Part shown: positions 1 to 9,608 of the stretch, piece after piece
Numbering within the stretch: the first letter of the stretch is position 1
Layout of the letters: every line of letters begins with the position of its first letter
Origin: a virus
DNA: 64,000 bases
IMG/VR virus record: IMGVR_UViG_3300032235_000467
Direction: 5' to 3' (one strand)
The notes under the pieces: generated by a model
Told to the model about the DNA's origin: nothing
Databases searched by the model: none
The model's input: only the letters and a program-made list of their open reading frames with translations
Made by a program: the position numbers and the translations under genes

Positions 1-1
1 T

Positions 2-124
2 GTAACTGACGAGCCATTAGAAGATAAATCCCCTTTAATTAATTATAAAGAAGAGTACACTAAGAAATTCAGTGATGGATTTTGGAACAGTGTATTTCAG
101 CCTCTTAAAGAAGATGACATATGA
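2..124 (+). CDS. 3' end of an upstream hypothetical protein (partial)
   Basis: Frame 2 is open from the window start (VTDEPLEDKSPL...LKEDDI) and ends at TGA 122-124, overlapping the next ATG (ATGA coupling). Confidence 0.6.
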   Translation, partial: VTDEPLEDKSPLINYKEEYTKKFSDGFWNSVFQPLKEDDI

Positions 125-714
125 AACTAAGAGAATTATTTTTAGAAGCATTTGACGATTGCGGATGTTCTGGAGAGCAACTATCCGAAGGTATGCGATA
201 CCATGTAGACAATAATAGACCCCTTACAGAGAATATCTACAGACCATTCTCTAAAAAGTATTTTGAGCTTTTCAAAGAAGCTCGTGAACTTTATAAGCAA
301 GGTCTATTAGTAATAACTGAAGAAGAGGAAAAAATTCTGGCTAATACCGATCTAGGAGAATATGGCTATTTTAATGGAGTAAAAGTTCCATTAGACTTCC
401 CAATGAGTTTAGAACAAATACAAGAGGTAAAGCATCAAGGTAAAGAAGTGCAACTTAATAAGCCAAAGCGTGGTGGAAGTAAAAAGTTCTACGTATATGT
501 ACGTAAACCAGGCGGAGGCATTAAGAAAGTATCTTTTGGAGATACTAGCGGTCTTAAAGCTAAGATAAATGACCCTAAGGCTCGTAAATCTTTTGCAGCT
601 AGACACAAATGTGCACAAGCTAAAGATAAGACCATGGCACAATACTGGGCCTGTAGACTGCCTAGATATGCAAGTATGCTAGGAATTAAATCAAGTTTTT
701 CAGGATATTGGTAG
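121..714 (+). CDS. Conserved phage hypothetical protein, probable internal head protein
   Basis: 197 aa; N-terminal MKLRELFLE tag; basic C-terminal domain (KKFYVYV...KKVSFGD...ARKSFAARHKC...YWACR) of a type seen in large-phage head regions. Confidence 0.6.
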   Translation: MKLRELFLEAFDDCGCSGEQLSEGMRYHVDNNRPLTENIYRPFSKKYFELFKEARELYKQGLLVITEEEEKILANTDLGEYGYFNGVKVPLDFPMSLEQIQEVKHQGKEVQLNKPKRGGSKKFYVYVRKPGGGIKKVSFGDTSGLKAKINDPKARKSFAARHKCAQAKDKTMAQYWACRLPRYASMLGIKSSFSGYW

Positions 715-721
715 ACCTTAA

Positions 722-730
722 ATATTTATA
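722..730 (+). promoter_or_regulatory. Putative late promoter motif ATATTTATA (first of about 14 intergenic copies)
   Basis: The same motif recurs upstream of genes at 4027, 6327, 9572, 11468, 16920, 19774, 20486, 24120, 42877, 49409, 57884, 60415 and 61794. Confidence 0.7.
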
Positions 731-750
731 TACATAAATTCTATATAGAA

Positions 751-3177
751 ATGACAAATAATAAAGAAATACAAGATCTTATTAAAAGAATACTTAAAGA
801 AGAGTTAAGTAATATAAAAGAGGCTGACGATGAATGGGAAAAAACAAATAAGCCGGAAACTGTTAAGACTTGGGAGAAGTTGAAATATGTAATGGGTAAG
901 TTAGGTTCTTACAAGGTTAATGGTAAGTTTTTTGGCAAAAAGAAAGAATTAGCCGCAGCAGAAGCAAGAGTAGAAGATATTATTAATAAAGAAAGTAATA
1001 AGTTCATAAAAGACTTAGACACTCTTATCAAACAAACAAATAAAGAGTTTCCAAATAACTTAAGGTCTGCTGATTTTTTAAGCATTGTTTTAAGCATAGC
1101 TGCTTGCTATGATTCTATTGTTGACTCTACAAAAAAAGAAAATCTACCTATTGACGCTGCCAATGCTATAATTAACGATTTAAGAGAGTATGTTAAATAT
1201 TTCTTAGATGCAAAATTATCTGCATCATATTCTACAGTAGATGAAGAAAAAGAGAATGAAATTTCAGAAGAGGAGTTAAAACAATTAGACGAAGCTTTTG
1301 GACTAGATGAAGATGCAGAATCTGATGTAAGAGATAAGTTAAAAGCAGATAGAGCCGCTAGGAGTGGAGAAACTGATAAGGGAGACTTCCAGAGTACAAA
1401 GATTGATACTCTTAAGTCTAACAAATTACCAATGACTTTATTGGGAGTAGGTAGTGCATTAGGCGGATTTAGCTGGTTAGTAAATACAGAGTGGTTCAAA
1501 CACTTGTTTGATGTAGTAACCCCAGGAACTTGGACTAAAGAATTAGCAATAGAGTCAAAAGAGTTGACTGATATTAAACCTGGTGAAGGCGTTTACAAGT
1601 TATTGGGAAGGGTGACAAACCATAAACTAGACGGTAATTCAAGTCCTACTGAGTTTATGAACGCCTTAAAACAAATAGGAGGAGGAAACGCTGATAAGGG
1701 TGTAGATCTATTATGTCAAGATGGTGGAGTTATGATGAAGCCTGATGAAGCTGCAAAAGGTCTTCACGATTTTGTTGATAATCCAAACAAATTTAAAAAT
1801 ATGAACGACTTGTTCCACGGGAATGCTTCCGGAACAGGTAAATTAACTCCAACAGATACTACTTTATATGGCACCATATCAGGAAGGCAATTGACTTCAG
1901 TGCTAATGAAGGTTATACCAAAAGTATTTGTTAAAGGATCTATAAAGACTGGTGCAGGATATGCTATAGCAAAAGGATTGGGAGCTGTTTTAGGACCAAT
2001 TGGTGTTGGATTACTTGGAGCTGGCGCTTTAGTAAAGATCATGAGGGTTAAAGGTCAAAAGACATCTAGGGCAGCTACTTTAAATGCACTATATCAATCC
2101 TTAAGAAACATCCCTGGAGGCACTGTAGTAGAGCCAGAAGGAGAAGTAGATAGTAAAATACAAGTAGAACCGTCCCCAATAAACCCAGGTCCTATAGATA
2201 CCGGAACAGATAAAGGAGCAAAAGGAAAAGAAAAGACTAAAGGTAAAGGAGCTGGCGTGACTGCTAAAGAGCCTAAAGGAGAGAATGATGATTTGTATAA
2301 TACTTTAAAGAATGTATTTAAGTACATTGTAAATAGTAGAGATAAATTAGGTACAAGATCAGCAGATAATGTTGGAACTGGAGCAGCTACTATGAGATCT
2401 AAAAATAAAAAAGAAAAACCATCCGAAGAACCTACTACTAAACCAGGAGTAACAGTTCCAGAAGGGCCAACAATTAAAAAAGGAAGTGAGTTTAAAATTA
2501 CCGGACGTAATGGAAGAACAGCTAGTATTAAAGTAGTTAGTGTAAAAAAAGACGGAACAGTAGAAGTAGAGAGGACAGACGGAGGTAAAATTAAAAACCC
2601 TATGATAGCTAAAGATACATTAGTAAAAATGTATAATTTAGCACAAAAAAAAGCAGGTAATATAGCAGAAGGTAAATATATAGCGGATAATATAGTTTTA
2701 AATTATTTAGAAAAAAACCTATCATATGATAAGTTAAAATCTTTTGAAGATCTTATTAAAAAAGTAGAACAGCTTAGGAATAAGATTAGAAATGTAAAAC
2801 AATCAAAAGATAAAGATTTTAATAGGTTGGTTGATAAGTTTAAAGCTAATCCAATCATGTCTACTGATTTTGAAAATCTATTTAATGTATCATCAGCCAA
2901 TGAAAAAGACATGGCATCTTTAAAATCCTTGATTGATGACGTGTTTATAACAGTGTACTCAGGTAAATTTGGAAGAGGAAACTTGATAGATAAGATGGCA
3001 AGTACTGCCGGAGGAAGCATAAACGCTATAAAAGAAAAATATTATGGCGCAGATGACCCAAACAAAGCTTTTGAAAAAGATGCACAATCAAGAGATAGAT
3101 TTAAAGGCAATTTAATAAACTTCTTACAGGATTCTATAAGATTGTTCCAACACATGTACAGTAGAAAAAGACAATAG
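751..3177 (+). CDS. Large hypothetical virion protein with Gly-rich hydrophobic segments
   Basis: 808 aa; ILKEE/IKE motifs; hydrophobic stretches LLGVGSALGGFSWLV and GLGAVLGPIGVGLLGAGALV; preceded by ATATTTATA. Confidence 0.55.
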   Translation: MTNNKEIQDLIKRILKEELSNIKEADDEWEKTNKPETVKTWEKLKYVMGKLGSYKVNGKFFGKKKELAAAEARVEDIINKESNKFIKDLDTLIKQTNKEFPNNLRSADFLSIVLSIAACYDSIVDSTKKENLPIDAANAIINDLREYVKYFLDAKLSASYSTVDEEKENEISEEELKQLDEAFGLDEDAESDVRDKLKADRAARSGETDKGDFQSTKIDTLKSNKLPMTLLGVGSALGGFSWLVNTEWFKHLFDVVTPGTWTKELAIESKELTDIKPGEGVYKLLGRVTNHKLDGNSSPTEFMNALKQIGGGNADKGVDLLCQDGGVMMKPDEAAKGLHDFVDNPNKFKNMNDLFHGNASGTGKLTPTDTTLYGTISGRQLTSVLMKVIPKVFVKGSIKTGAGYAIAKGLGAVLGPIGVGLLGAGALVKIMRVKGQKTSRAATLNALYQSLRNIPGGTVVEPEGEVDSKIQVEPSPINPGPIDTGTDKGAKGKEKTKGKGAGVTAKEPKGENDDLYNTLKNVFKYIVNSRDKLGTRSADNVGTGAATMRSKNKKEKPSEEPTTKPGVTVPEGPTIKKGSEFKITGRNGRTASIKVVSVKKDGTVEVERTDGGKIKNPMIAKDTLVKMYNLAQKKAGNIAEGKYIADNIVLNYLEKNLSYDKLKSFEDLIKKVEQLRNKIRNVKQSKDKDFNRLVDKFKANPIMSTDFENLFNVSSANEKDMASLKSLIDDVFITVYSGKFGRGNLIDKMASTAGGSINAIKEKYYGADDPNKAFEKDAQSRDRFKGNLINFLQDSIRLFQHMYSRKRQ

Positions 3178-3180
3178 TAT

Positions 3181-3444
3181 ATGGAAGAAAGACCTTATAC
3201 AGAGTTATATAACGAAGGTTGGTACGAAAGGGTTTTTAAAGCTGATGTTGACTCTGGGGAATTAAGGTGGCATAGGGATAGAGAGGATCGTGTAATTGAA
3301 CCCATAGAACCAACCGATTGGTTTTTTCAGAAAGACGGAGGACTTCCTATGAAAATAGAAGGTCAGATCCATGTACCAATGGGAGAATGGCATAGGGCTA
3401 TAAAAGGTACAGGAGATTTAAAAATAAGAATTAAAAAACTATAG
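3181..3444 (+). CDS. Small cupin-like protein
   Basis: 87 aa; WHRDRED and IHVPMGEWHRAIKG resemble the two cupin His motifs. Confidence 0.55.
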   Translation: MEERPYTELYNEGWYERVFKADVDSGELRWHRDREDRVIEPIEPTDWFFQKDGGLPMKIEGQIHVPMGEWHRAIKGTGDLKIRIKKL

Positions 3445-3446
3445 TT

Positions 3447-4025
3447 ATGTCAGATACAAAATTAAAGAAAGAGTTTAGAGAGAGGGATGTTCAAAGGCTG
3501 AGAAATATTATAACCAAAAAGTACGGTAACGCTACTGGTATTCAAGTTGGTTATGAAAAACAAACAGAGGAGAGGCTAGAAGGGGATGTGTGGGAAGATA
3601 ATGGAAAGACTTGGACTATAAAGGACGGTATTAAACAAACCGTTACTAAACTAGACGAGATAAAAAAGACAACTAGGATGCCTTTACTGTGTCCCAACTG
3701 TTCTCAACCTATGAAAACATCTTTAGATAAGAAGATGTACCCAATCCACAAGACATGCTTTAGTTGTGTAGTTAGTATGGAGACAAAGTTGAAGATGGAG
3801 GGTAAATACGAGGAATACTCTAGAAATATGGTTACAAAGAATATTGTAACCCATATAGAAGAGGCATCACAGTTCATAGAAGAGTTTGCTAGAAACACAG
3901 TAAAAGAGACCTATGTAACAGAACAAGGAGATGTAGAAGAGTGGGAAGGTGGGGTAGATAAACAAAAATTAGTAGAAAAATGGAAAGAAGGCCTACAAGA
4001 AATGAAAGAAAGGCTGGAAAACTAA
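3447..4025 (+). CDS. Hypothetical protein with a Cys4 zinc-binding motif
   Basis: 192 aa; CPNC...CFSC. Confidence 0.6.
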   Translation: MSDTKLKKEFRERDVQRLRNIITKKYGNATGIQVGYEKQTEERLEGDVWEDNGKTWTIKDGIKQTVTKLDEIKKTTRMPLLCPNCSQPMKTSLDKKMYPIHKTCFSCVVSMETKLKMEGKYEEYSRNMVTKNIVTHIEEASQFIEEFARNTVKETYVTEQGDVEEWEGGVDKQKLVEKWKEGLQEMKERLEN

Positions 4026-4054
4026 GTATTTATATCTATAAATAAATAAATAAA

Positions 4055-4888
4055 ATGAAACTCTCTGAAATTTTTAAGGAAGCCTTATTAGAGGCAAAAA
4101 AGAAAAAGCCATCTGAAGGATTGTCTAAAAAAGAAAAATCTGACGTAGTTAAAAAGGCAAAAGCAGGTAAAGATATTGGTAAGAAAGGTAAAGGGTTTGA
4201 GAAACTGGCTAAAAAAGCTGGTGGAGGTGAAAAGGGAGAAAAAATAGCCGCTGCTGCTATGTGGAAGAATATTAAGAGAGTTAAAGAAGGATCTGATGGC
4301 ATGGATCACGAAGTATCCATGGCCCAAAATAGCCTAAAGTCTATTATGCAGTCTTGCGCAGATCTCATGAACAAGTTAGGAGATGATGAAAGAGACATTC
4401 CAGGATGGATTCAAGATCATATAACTAATGCAGAAAACTTTATAGATCAAGCAGCTCAAGGATTTCATGAATTAGGAGGACACGAGGAAGAAGAAGAGGA
4501 TGACGAAGAAGGATCTGAAATGATACAACCTATAGATGAGTATGACGCGTTTGATAAAATGGCTTCTAACGTTCATAAAAAACTAAATGTCAATTTACCA
4601 AATCAGCCATCTAAAACAGTACCTCGTATACCATTAGAGTTAGCTAAAAAATACACTCCTATAACCCCAACTGATATGCCCCTTGATAAGTATTTGGCTT
4701 CTAAAGGATTGGTTATAGTAGATAAAAAAGATGTTGAAGGTATAAATGAGAAAAAACTCACAAAAGCTGAGAGGGATAAGAAAGAAGATATAATAAATGC
4801 AATGGCCATGAAAGGTGGCGGTAAGGATAAAATGGGCCCAAAACAATATGCCATAGCAACTGCACAAGCTAAAAAATCTGCAGAATAA
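4055..4888 (+). CDS. Charged hypothetical protein, probable internal head protein
   Basis: 277 aa; MKLSEIFKE tag; alternating basic and acidic blocks delimited by xxE motifs; upstream TATTTATA. Confidence 0.55.
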   Translation: MKLSEIFKEALLEAKKKKPSEGLSKKEKSDVVKKAKAGKDIGKKGKGFEKLAKKAGGGEKGEKIAAAAMWKNIKRVKEGSDGMDHEVSMAQNSLKSIMQSCADLMNKLGDDERDIPGWIQDHITNAENFIDQAAQGFHELGGHEEEEEDDEEGSEMIQPIDEYDAFDKMASNVHKKLNVNLPNQPSKTVPRIPLELAKKYTPITPTDMPLDKYLASKGLVIVDKKDVEGINEKKLTKAERDKKEDIINAMAMKGGGKDKMGPKQYAIATAQAKKSAE

Positions 4889-5451
4889 TGAAGTTCCTAG
4901 ACATGCTAAAAGAAATAGCAGAGGAACAACAATCCTCCAAAGTCGTTTGCAAATGCGGATGGGGTTGGGAGATATCTAAAGGCGGAAAGGATCCGTATGT
5001 GTGTCATAAGTGTGGAGAGAATGTTATGTACCAAATGATAACCGAAAAGTTATGCCCTAAAGGAAGGGCATATGCTGAGCGTAGAAAAGCTGCTGGTGAA
5101 AAACATTCAGCATATTTGATGGGAAGAGCTGTTCAAGTATGTAAAGGGGGAATAGGAAAGAAGAAGAAAAAAGTAAAAGAAGACATAGAAGAAAGCCTTC
5201 ACAGCTGGTTTAACGAAGAAGATTGGGTTAGAATAGACACAGAAGGAAATATAGCTGGTCCTTGTGGCTCTATGAAAAAGGGTAAACCTACTACAAGATG
5301 TTTACCTAGAGCTAAGGCAGAAAGGTTATCAAAAGAAGAAAGGGCAGCTACATCAAAAAAGAAAGTAGCAGCATCCAAAAAAGGAAAGCAGTTTGTTTCA
5401 AATACAGATAAAGCAAAAGTATCTTTTAAATCAAGAACAAAGGATAAGTAA
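4888..5451 (+). CDS. Basic Cys-containing hypothetical protein
   Basis: 187 aa; MKFLDMLKE tag; CKCG...CHKC zinc ribbon; Lys-rich; TAATG coupling at both ends. Confidence 0.55.
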   Translation: MKFLDMLKEIAEEQQSSKVVCKCGWGWEISKGGKDPYVCHKCGENVMYQMITEKLCPKGRAYAERRKAAGEKHSAYLMGRAVQVCKGGIGKKKKKVKEDIEESLHSWFNEEDWVRIDTEGNIAGPCGSMKKGKPTTRCLPRAKAERLSKEERAATSKKKVAASKKGKQFVSNTDKAKVSFKSRTKDK

Positions 5452-6062
5452 TGAATACAGAATTAATAGTAGCTATAATAACTGCTGTAACAACTTCTGT
5501 AGTGGGGCCTGTAGTGGTCCACTACGTTCAATCAATGGTAGATAGAAGAAAGAAAGATACTCTTTTAGATGCAATAGAGGCAAACCAGATGATAAACGAT
5601 AAACTGAGCCAAATAAAAAAAGAAATACACAGTGATCGTATATGGTTAATTCAATTTCATAATGGAGCCCATTTTTACCCTACTGGAAAATCAATCCAAA
5701 AGTTTAGCATGGTTTATGAAATTGTAAGCTCAGGAATTATACCATGTCAAACCCAGTTTCAAAATATACCAGTAAGTCTATTTAGCAAATCAATACATAC
5801 CCTATATAAAGGATCGACAATAGCAATACCAGATACAACAGTATCGGAAAAACAATTTGAAGGATTCACCTCAGTAATCCATGGAGCTAATGTTAAGAGT
5901 ACATATATGTATCCTTTATACAATATAAAGAACGAATTTATAGGAATTGTTGGGATAGATTATGTAAGTAAAAAAAGAGAATTAAAAGAAAAAGAAATTA
6001 CTGATATAGATTTAGAATTATCCACAATAGGAGGAGTATTAAACAACTATTTAAAAGTATGA
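5451..6062 (+). CDS. Single-TM protein with a GAF-like domain, candidate T-type holin
   Basis: N-terminal hydrophobic helix (LIVAIITAVTTSVVGPVVV); C-terminal pattern YMYPLYNIKNEFIGIVGIDY typical of GAF terminal strands. Confidence 0.45.
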   Translation: MNTELIVAIITAVTTSVVGPVVVHYVQSMVDRRKKDTLLDAIEANQMINDKLSQIKKEIHSDRIWLIQFHNGAHFYPTGKSIQKFSMVYEIVSSGIIPCQTQFQNIPVSLFSKSIHTLYKGSTIAIPDTTVSEKQFEGFTSVIHGANVKSTYMYPLYNIKNEFIGIVGIDYVSKKRELKEKEITDIDLELSTIGGVLNNYLKV

Positions 6063-6322
6063 TAAAGCTATTAAGTTTACTAGAAGAATACGGTGGCGGA
6101 GAGTACGTACTACCAGAAGACCATAAAGCAGGTATGAAAGTCCCAAAAGGAGGAGCATGCTGCGCTAATTGTAACTATTGGAATGAGGGTAAAGACGATA
6201 ATCCAGGACATTGCGGCAGTGATTTATATAAAAAATGGAAAGGTACGGATAGTATACCATACGATCCCTTAGAGTATTGTACTGACTGGTGGGAACCAAA
6301 AAAAGTAGAAAAGGCCAAGTAG
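6059..6322 (+). CDS. Small Cys-rich hypothetical protein
   Basis: 87 aa; MIKLLSLLEE tag; CCANC...C...C. Confidence 0.55.
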   Translation: MIKLLSLLEEYGGGEYVLPEDHKAGMKVPKGGACCANCNYWNEGKDDNPGHCGSDLYKKWKGTDSIPYDPLEYCTDWWEPKKVEKAK

Positions 6323-6338
6323 GTCGATATTTATATAT

Positions 6339-6887
6339 ATGAAACCCAATTACTATCAAATATTTCAATATAAACTGTTAGAAGCTGCAGAGATTACCCC
6401 TGTGCAAACAGAGTCTAATTTAGAGAAGGTTCTATCCAAATCTCCTAAGGTAACATCTGTGCTGTTAAAACTACTTGCAAGTCAGAGTAAAAAGAATGAC
6501 AAATCAATAGAACAGATAAGGAATACCGTATCAGATATTAGGTGTATTTCGTATAAACCTACTACTTTTAGAGTAGTAATACCTAATGGAAATTATTTTG
6601 ATATAAAGTACGATCCAACTCCCCTTGAGTTAAACTACCCAGAAGATTTTAAGCCAGAAGATTCTTTTCAAGTATTAGTTAGCGGTAAAAAGTATAATAT
6701 ATCAAATAATTCAGAGTACGAACAAGCTATGGATTATATCAATACTCTATTGAAAACCAAGCCTATAACTAAAGAACCGGAACCAGGAGAAGAGCCTGCA
6801 GCTGCCGGAGGAGAAACACCTCCAGAAGGAGAAGCACCAGCCGGGGAAACACCACCAGAAGAAGAAACCCCAGAACCTGAAGCATAA
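6339..6887 (+). CDS. Hypothetical protein with an acidic Pro/Glu tail
   Basis: 182 aa; C-terminal GETPPE repeats; upstream ATATTTATA. Confidence 0.55.
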   Translation: MKPNYYQIFQYKLLEAAEITPVQTESNLEKVLSKSPKVTSVLLKLLASQSKKNDKSIEQIRNTVSDIRCISYKPTTFRVVIPNGNYFDIKYDPTPLELNYPEDFKPEDSFQVLVSGKKYNISNNSEYEQAMDYINTLLKTKPITKEPEPGEEPAAAGGETPPEGEAPAGETPPEEETPEPEA

Positions 6888-7318
6888 TGGATTTAAAATA
6901 TCAAAATATTAATCAAGACGTACAAGTATCTGGACACAATATTGTTCCATATCTGCTTAACTTGGCTGAGTATATGCAAAATTCAGGCATTAAAATAATG
7001 CCGTACCCTAAAGTAATTATAGCATCAACTACTGAAAATGCTAATAGTCCTTTTGGGAAGACTGCATACTATGACCCTATGCAAAAATCAGTAACTCTAT
7101 TTGTAGCCGGAAGGCATATAAAAGACGTACTCAGAAGCTATGCGCACGAACTAATACACCATAACCAGAACTTGTCTGGTATGTTTGACAATAATAATAT
7201 AAGTGCCTTATCAGATCCTAGATATGCAGAAAATAATAAACATCTTTTAAATATGGAAAAAGATGCGTATCTTCGAGGAAATATAGCATTTAGATTTTGG
7301 GAAGATTCAATGAAATAG
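6887..7318 (+). CDS. HExxH zincin-like metalloprotein
   Basis: RSYAHELIHHNQ motif with a downstream Glu (MEKDAY). Confidence 0.6.
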   Translation: MDLKYQNINQDVQVSGHNIVPYLLNLAEYMQNSGIKIMPYPKVIIASTTENANSPFGKTAYYDPMQKSVTLFVAGRHIKDVLRSYAHELIHHNQNLSGMFDNNNISALSDPRYAENNKHLLNMEKDAYLRGNIAFRFWEDSMK

Positions 7319-7319
7319 C

Positions 7320-7655
7320 ATGAAAAAGTACATTATAGTAGCTTTAGTTCTGATAATAACTGCATTATTACTATATCCTGGATCATACAACGAATCTGAA
7401 TACGAGCAAGCTATAGATAGCTTAAACGTAGAAATACACCTTAAAGAAGATTCTATTAAAATATCTCAAGTAAAAATAGATACTCTTGAGCATAGGGTAG
7501 AGATAGCTGAGATTAAGCTGGAAGAAAATCAAGGTAAAGTCAGAAAAATATATGAAACATATGAAGTACAAATACAGTCTGTTGATAGCTATGATATTAA
7601 TCAGCTTGAGCAGTTTTTCTCAGACAGATATAAAGATACATCAAGTCCCGAATAA
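7320..7655 (+). CDS. N-terminal TM coiled-coil protein (i-spanin-like)
   Basis: MKKYIIVALVLIITALLLY followed by a predicted coiled coil; overlaps the next gene by about 100 nt. Confidence 0.45.
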   Translation: MKKYIIVALVLIITALLLYPGSYNESEYEQAIDSLNVEIHLKEDSIKISQVKIDTLEHRVEIAEIKLEENQGKVRKIYETYEVQIQSVDSYDINQLEQFFSDRYKDTSSPE

Positions 7656-7980
7656 TGATACTGTAAAGTTGCATAAAGATGTAGCTAAAAAAGTAGCAAA
7701 AGATTTGGTTTATTTAGATGCTTTAAAATCTGAGAAGGTAATACTAGTAGAAAATATAGATAGTTTAAAGTCAATAAAAAACTATAAAGATTCTATTATA
7801 GTATACAAAGACAAACAAATAAACGATTATATAGGTATTATAAAGATACAGGAGGATAAAGAAAAAGTTTATACTAATAATATCTCTAGTTTAAAGATTG
7901 AATTAAAAAAGCAAAAACTTGCCAATAAAATTATTTATGGATTTTTAGCATTATCGGTAGGTCTTCTTATTGTGAAATAG
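7552..7980 (+). CDS. Exported coiled-coil membrane protein (possible spanin partner)
   Basis: Signal-peptide-like KYKYSLLIAMILISLSSFSQ, coiled coil and a C-terminal hydrophobic segment IIYGFLALSVGLLIVK. The start may be the Met at 7561. Confidence 0.45.
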   Translation: MKHMKYKYSLLIAMILISLSSFSQTDIKIHQVPNNDTVKLHKDVAKKVAKDLVYLDALKSEKVILVENIDSLKSIKNYKDSIIVYKDKQINDYIGIIKIQEDKEKVYTNNISSLKIELKKQKLANKIIYGFLALSVGLLIVK

Positions 7981-7981
7981 T

Positions 7982-9565
7982 ATGACCGATCAACAAAAGT
8001 CTATAAAAGAAATAATTAGGGAGGAGTACCTAAAGTGTGCATCAGACCCTGTGTACTTTCTAAAGAAGTTTGTATATATACAGACCAGTGAAGGTCGAAT
8101 GTTATTTAATCCATATGTATTCCAAGAAAAGTTATTATTCCTACTTAACAAGCACGACAGAACTCTTATCCTTAAGTCAAGACAGCTTGGTATTACTACT
8201 CTTACTGCTGCGTATGCTCTGTGGTTAATGATCTTTAAAAAAGATCAATCTATCTTAGCACTGGCTCCTACACAAGAAAAAGCTAGAAATATAGTAGATA
8301 AAGTAAGATTTGCTTATGATAATTTACCTAGTTGGATAAAAGTTCCTTCCGTAGAAGATAATAAGTTAACTCTTATATTAAATAATGGATCAAAGATAAA
8401 AGCAGCATCTGGAGCATCTGAGAGTGCTAGGGGATATACTGCTAATGTATTAGTGTTAGATGAGGCTGCTTTTATTGAAAATGCTGAAGACTTATGGGGA
8501 TCTGCACAACAAACCCTTGCTACTGGAGGTAGGGCTATTGTTTTATCAACTCCTAATGGAGTAGGTCAGTGGTTCCATCAACAGTGGGTAGGGGCAGAAT
8601 CTGAAGACAATAACTTTATACCTGTAAGATTACCTTGGAGCGTGCATCCAGGTAGAAATCAAAAATGGAGAGAAGATCAAGACAAGGAACTTGGTAAAAG
8701 AATGGCAGCACAGGAGTGTGATTGCAATTTCATATCTTCTGGAGATACATATTTTGAATCTGAGGACCTTGAATATTACACAGAAAGAACCAGAGAGCCT
8801 ATAGAACAAAGAGGGCCCCATAAAGATTATTGGATATGGGAATACCCAGATCCTAGCAGAAACTATATGGTTATTATAGACACTGCTAAAGGAGATGGAT
8901 CAGACTCGTCAGTGATCCAAGTTATAGATGTGTTTACTGGGTCTCAAGTAGCTGAGTATAGAGGAGATATGGACACTAAGAGCTTATCTAAATTTGCTGT
9001 AGCCATAGCTACTGAATATAACAGTGCTTTATTGATTGTAGAGAATACAGGACTAGGTCATGCTACTATGTCGGATGTACTAGAACTAAATTACAACAAC
9101 ATATACTACTCTCCCAAAGGAGATACACTAAATGTGTCACAGTATATCACCCAGATGTACGACTACGATACTAGTAAAATGACACCAGGATTTACTACAT
9201 CAACTAAGACTAGACCTGAAGTATTATTGTCATTTAAACAATATATACGAGATCACAGTATTTCTGTAAATTCTAGAAGATTAGTATCAGAAATGTCTAC
9301 CTTTGTGTGGAAGAATAGTAAGCCACAAGCTCAAACTGGGTACCATGATGATTGCGTAATGTCATATGCAATAGGAATGTTTCTAAGGGATAGTGCTATT
9401 CATTACAAAAATAGAGGAATAGACATGCAAAGGGCTTTGCTAAAAAATATATCTAAAGGATCTGGCTTTGCTCAAAACAGTTTACCAAATCAAGCACAGT
9501 TTGCTAATCCTTATAATATGAACGTAAACGGACAACAGGAAGACATTACCTGGTTAATACGTTAA
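7982..9565 (+). CDS. terL: Terminase large subunit (T4 gp17-like)
   Basis: Walker A LKSRQLGITT, Walker B LVLDEAAF, coupling motif STPNG, RNase H-like nuclease IDTAKGDGSD and HDDCVMS; lies next to the portal gene. Confidence 0.95.
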   Translation: MTDQQKSIKEIIREEYLKCASDPVYFLKKFVYIQTSEGRMLFNPYVFQEKLLFLLNKHDRTLILKSRQLGITTLTAAYALWLMIFKKDQSILALAPTQEKARNIVDKVRFAYDNLPSWIKVPSVEDNKLTLILNNGSKIKAASGASESARGYTANVLVLDEAAFIENAEDLWGSAQQTLATGGRAIVLSTPNGVGQWFHQQWVGAESEDNNFIPVRLPWSVHPGRNQKWREDQDKELGKRMAAQECDCNFISSGDTYFESEDLEYYTERTREPIEQRGPHKDYWIWEYPDPSRNYMVIIDTAKGDGSDSSVIQVIDVFTGSQVAEYRGDMDTKSLSKFAVAIATEYNSALLIVENTGLGHATMSDVLELNYNNIYYSPKGDTLNVSQYITQMYDYDTSKMTPGFTTSTKTRPEVLLSFKQYIRDHSISVNSRRLVSEMSTFVWKNSKPQAQTGYHDDCVMSYAIGMFLRDSAIHYKNRGIDMQRALLKNISKGSGFAQNSLPNQAQFANPYNMNVNGQQEDITWLIR

Positions 9566-9608
9566 TATTTGATATTTATATATAATAAAATGATAAATTC
9601 TTAATAAT

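Noticed and set aside
3175-3183. TAG followed in frame by TAT-ATG, suggesting amber recoding or readthrough
   Set aside because: Very long conserved genes translate intact under the standard code, and other TAG stops (3444, 7318, 7980) are followed by out-of-frame starts.
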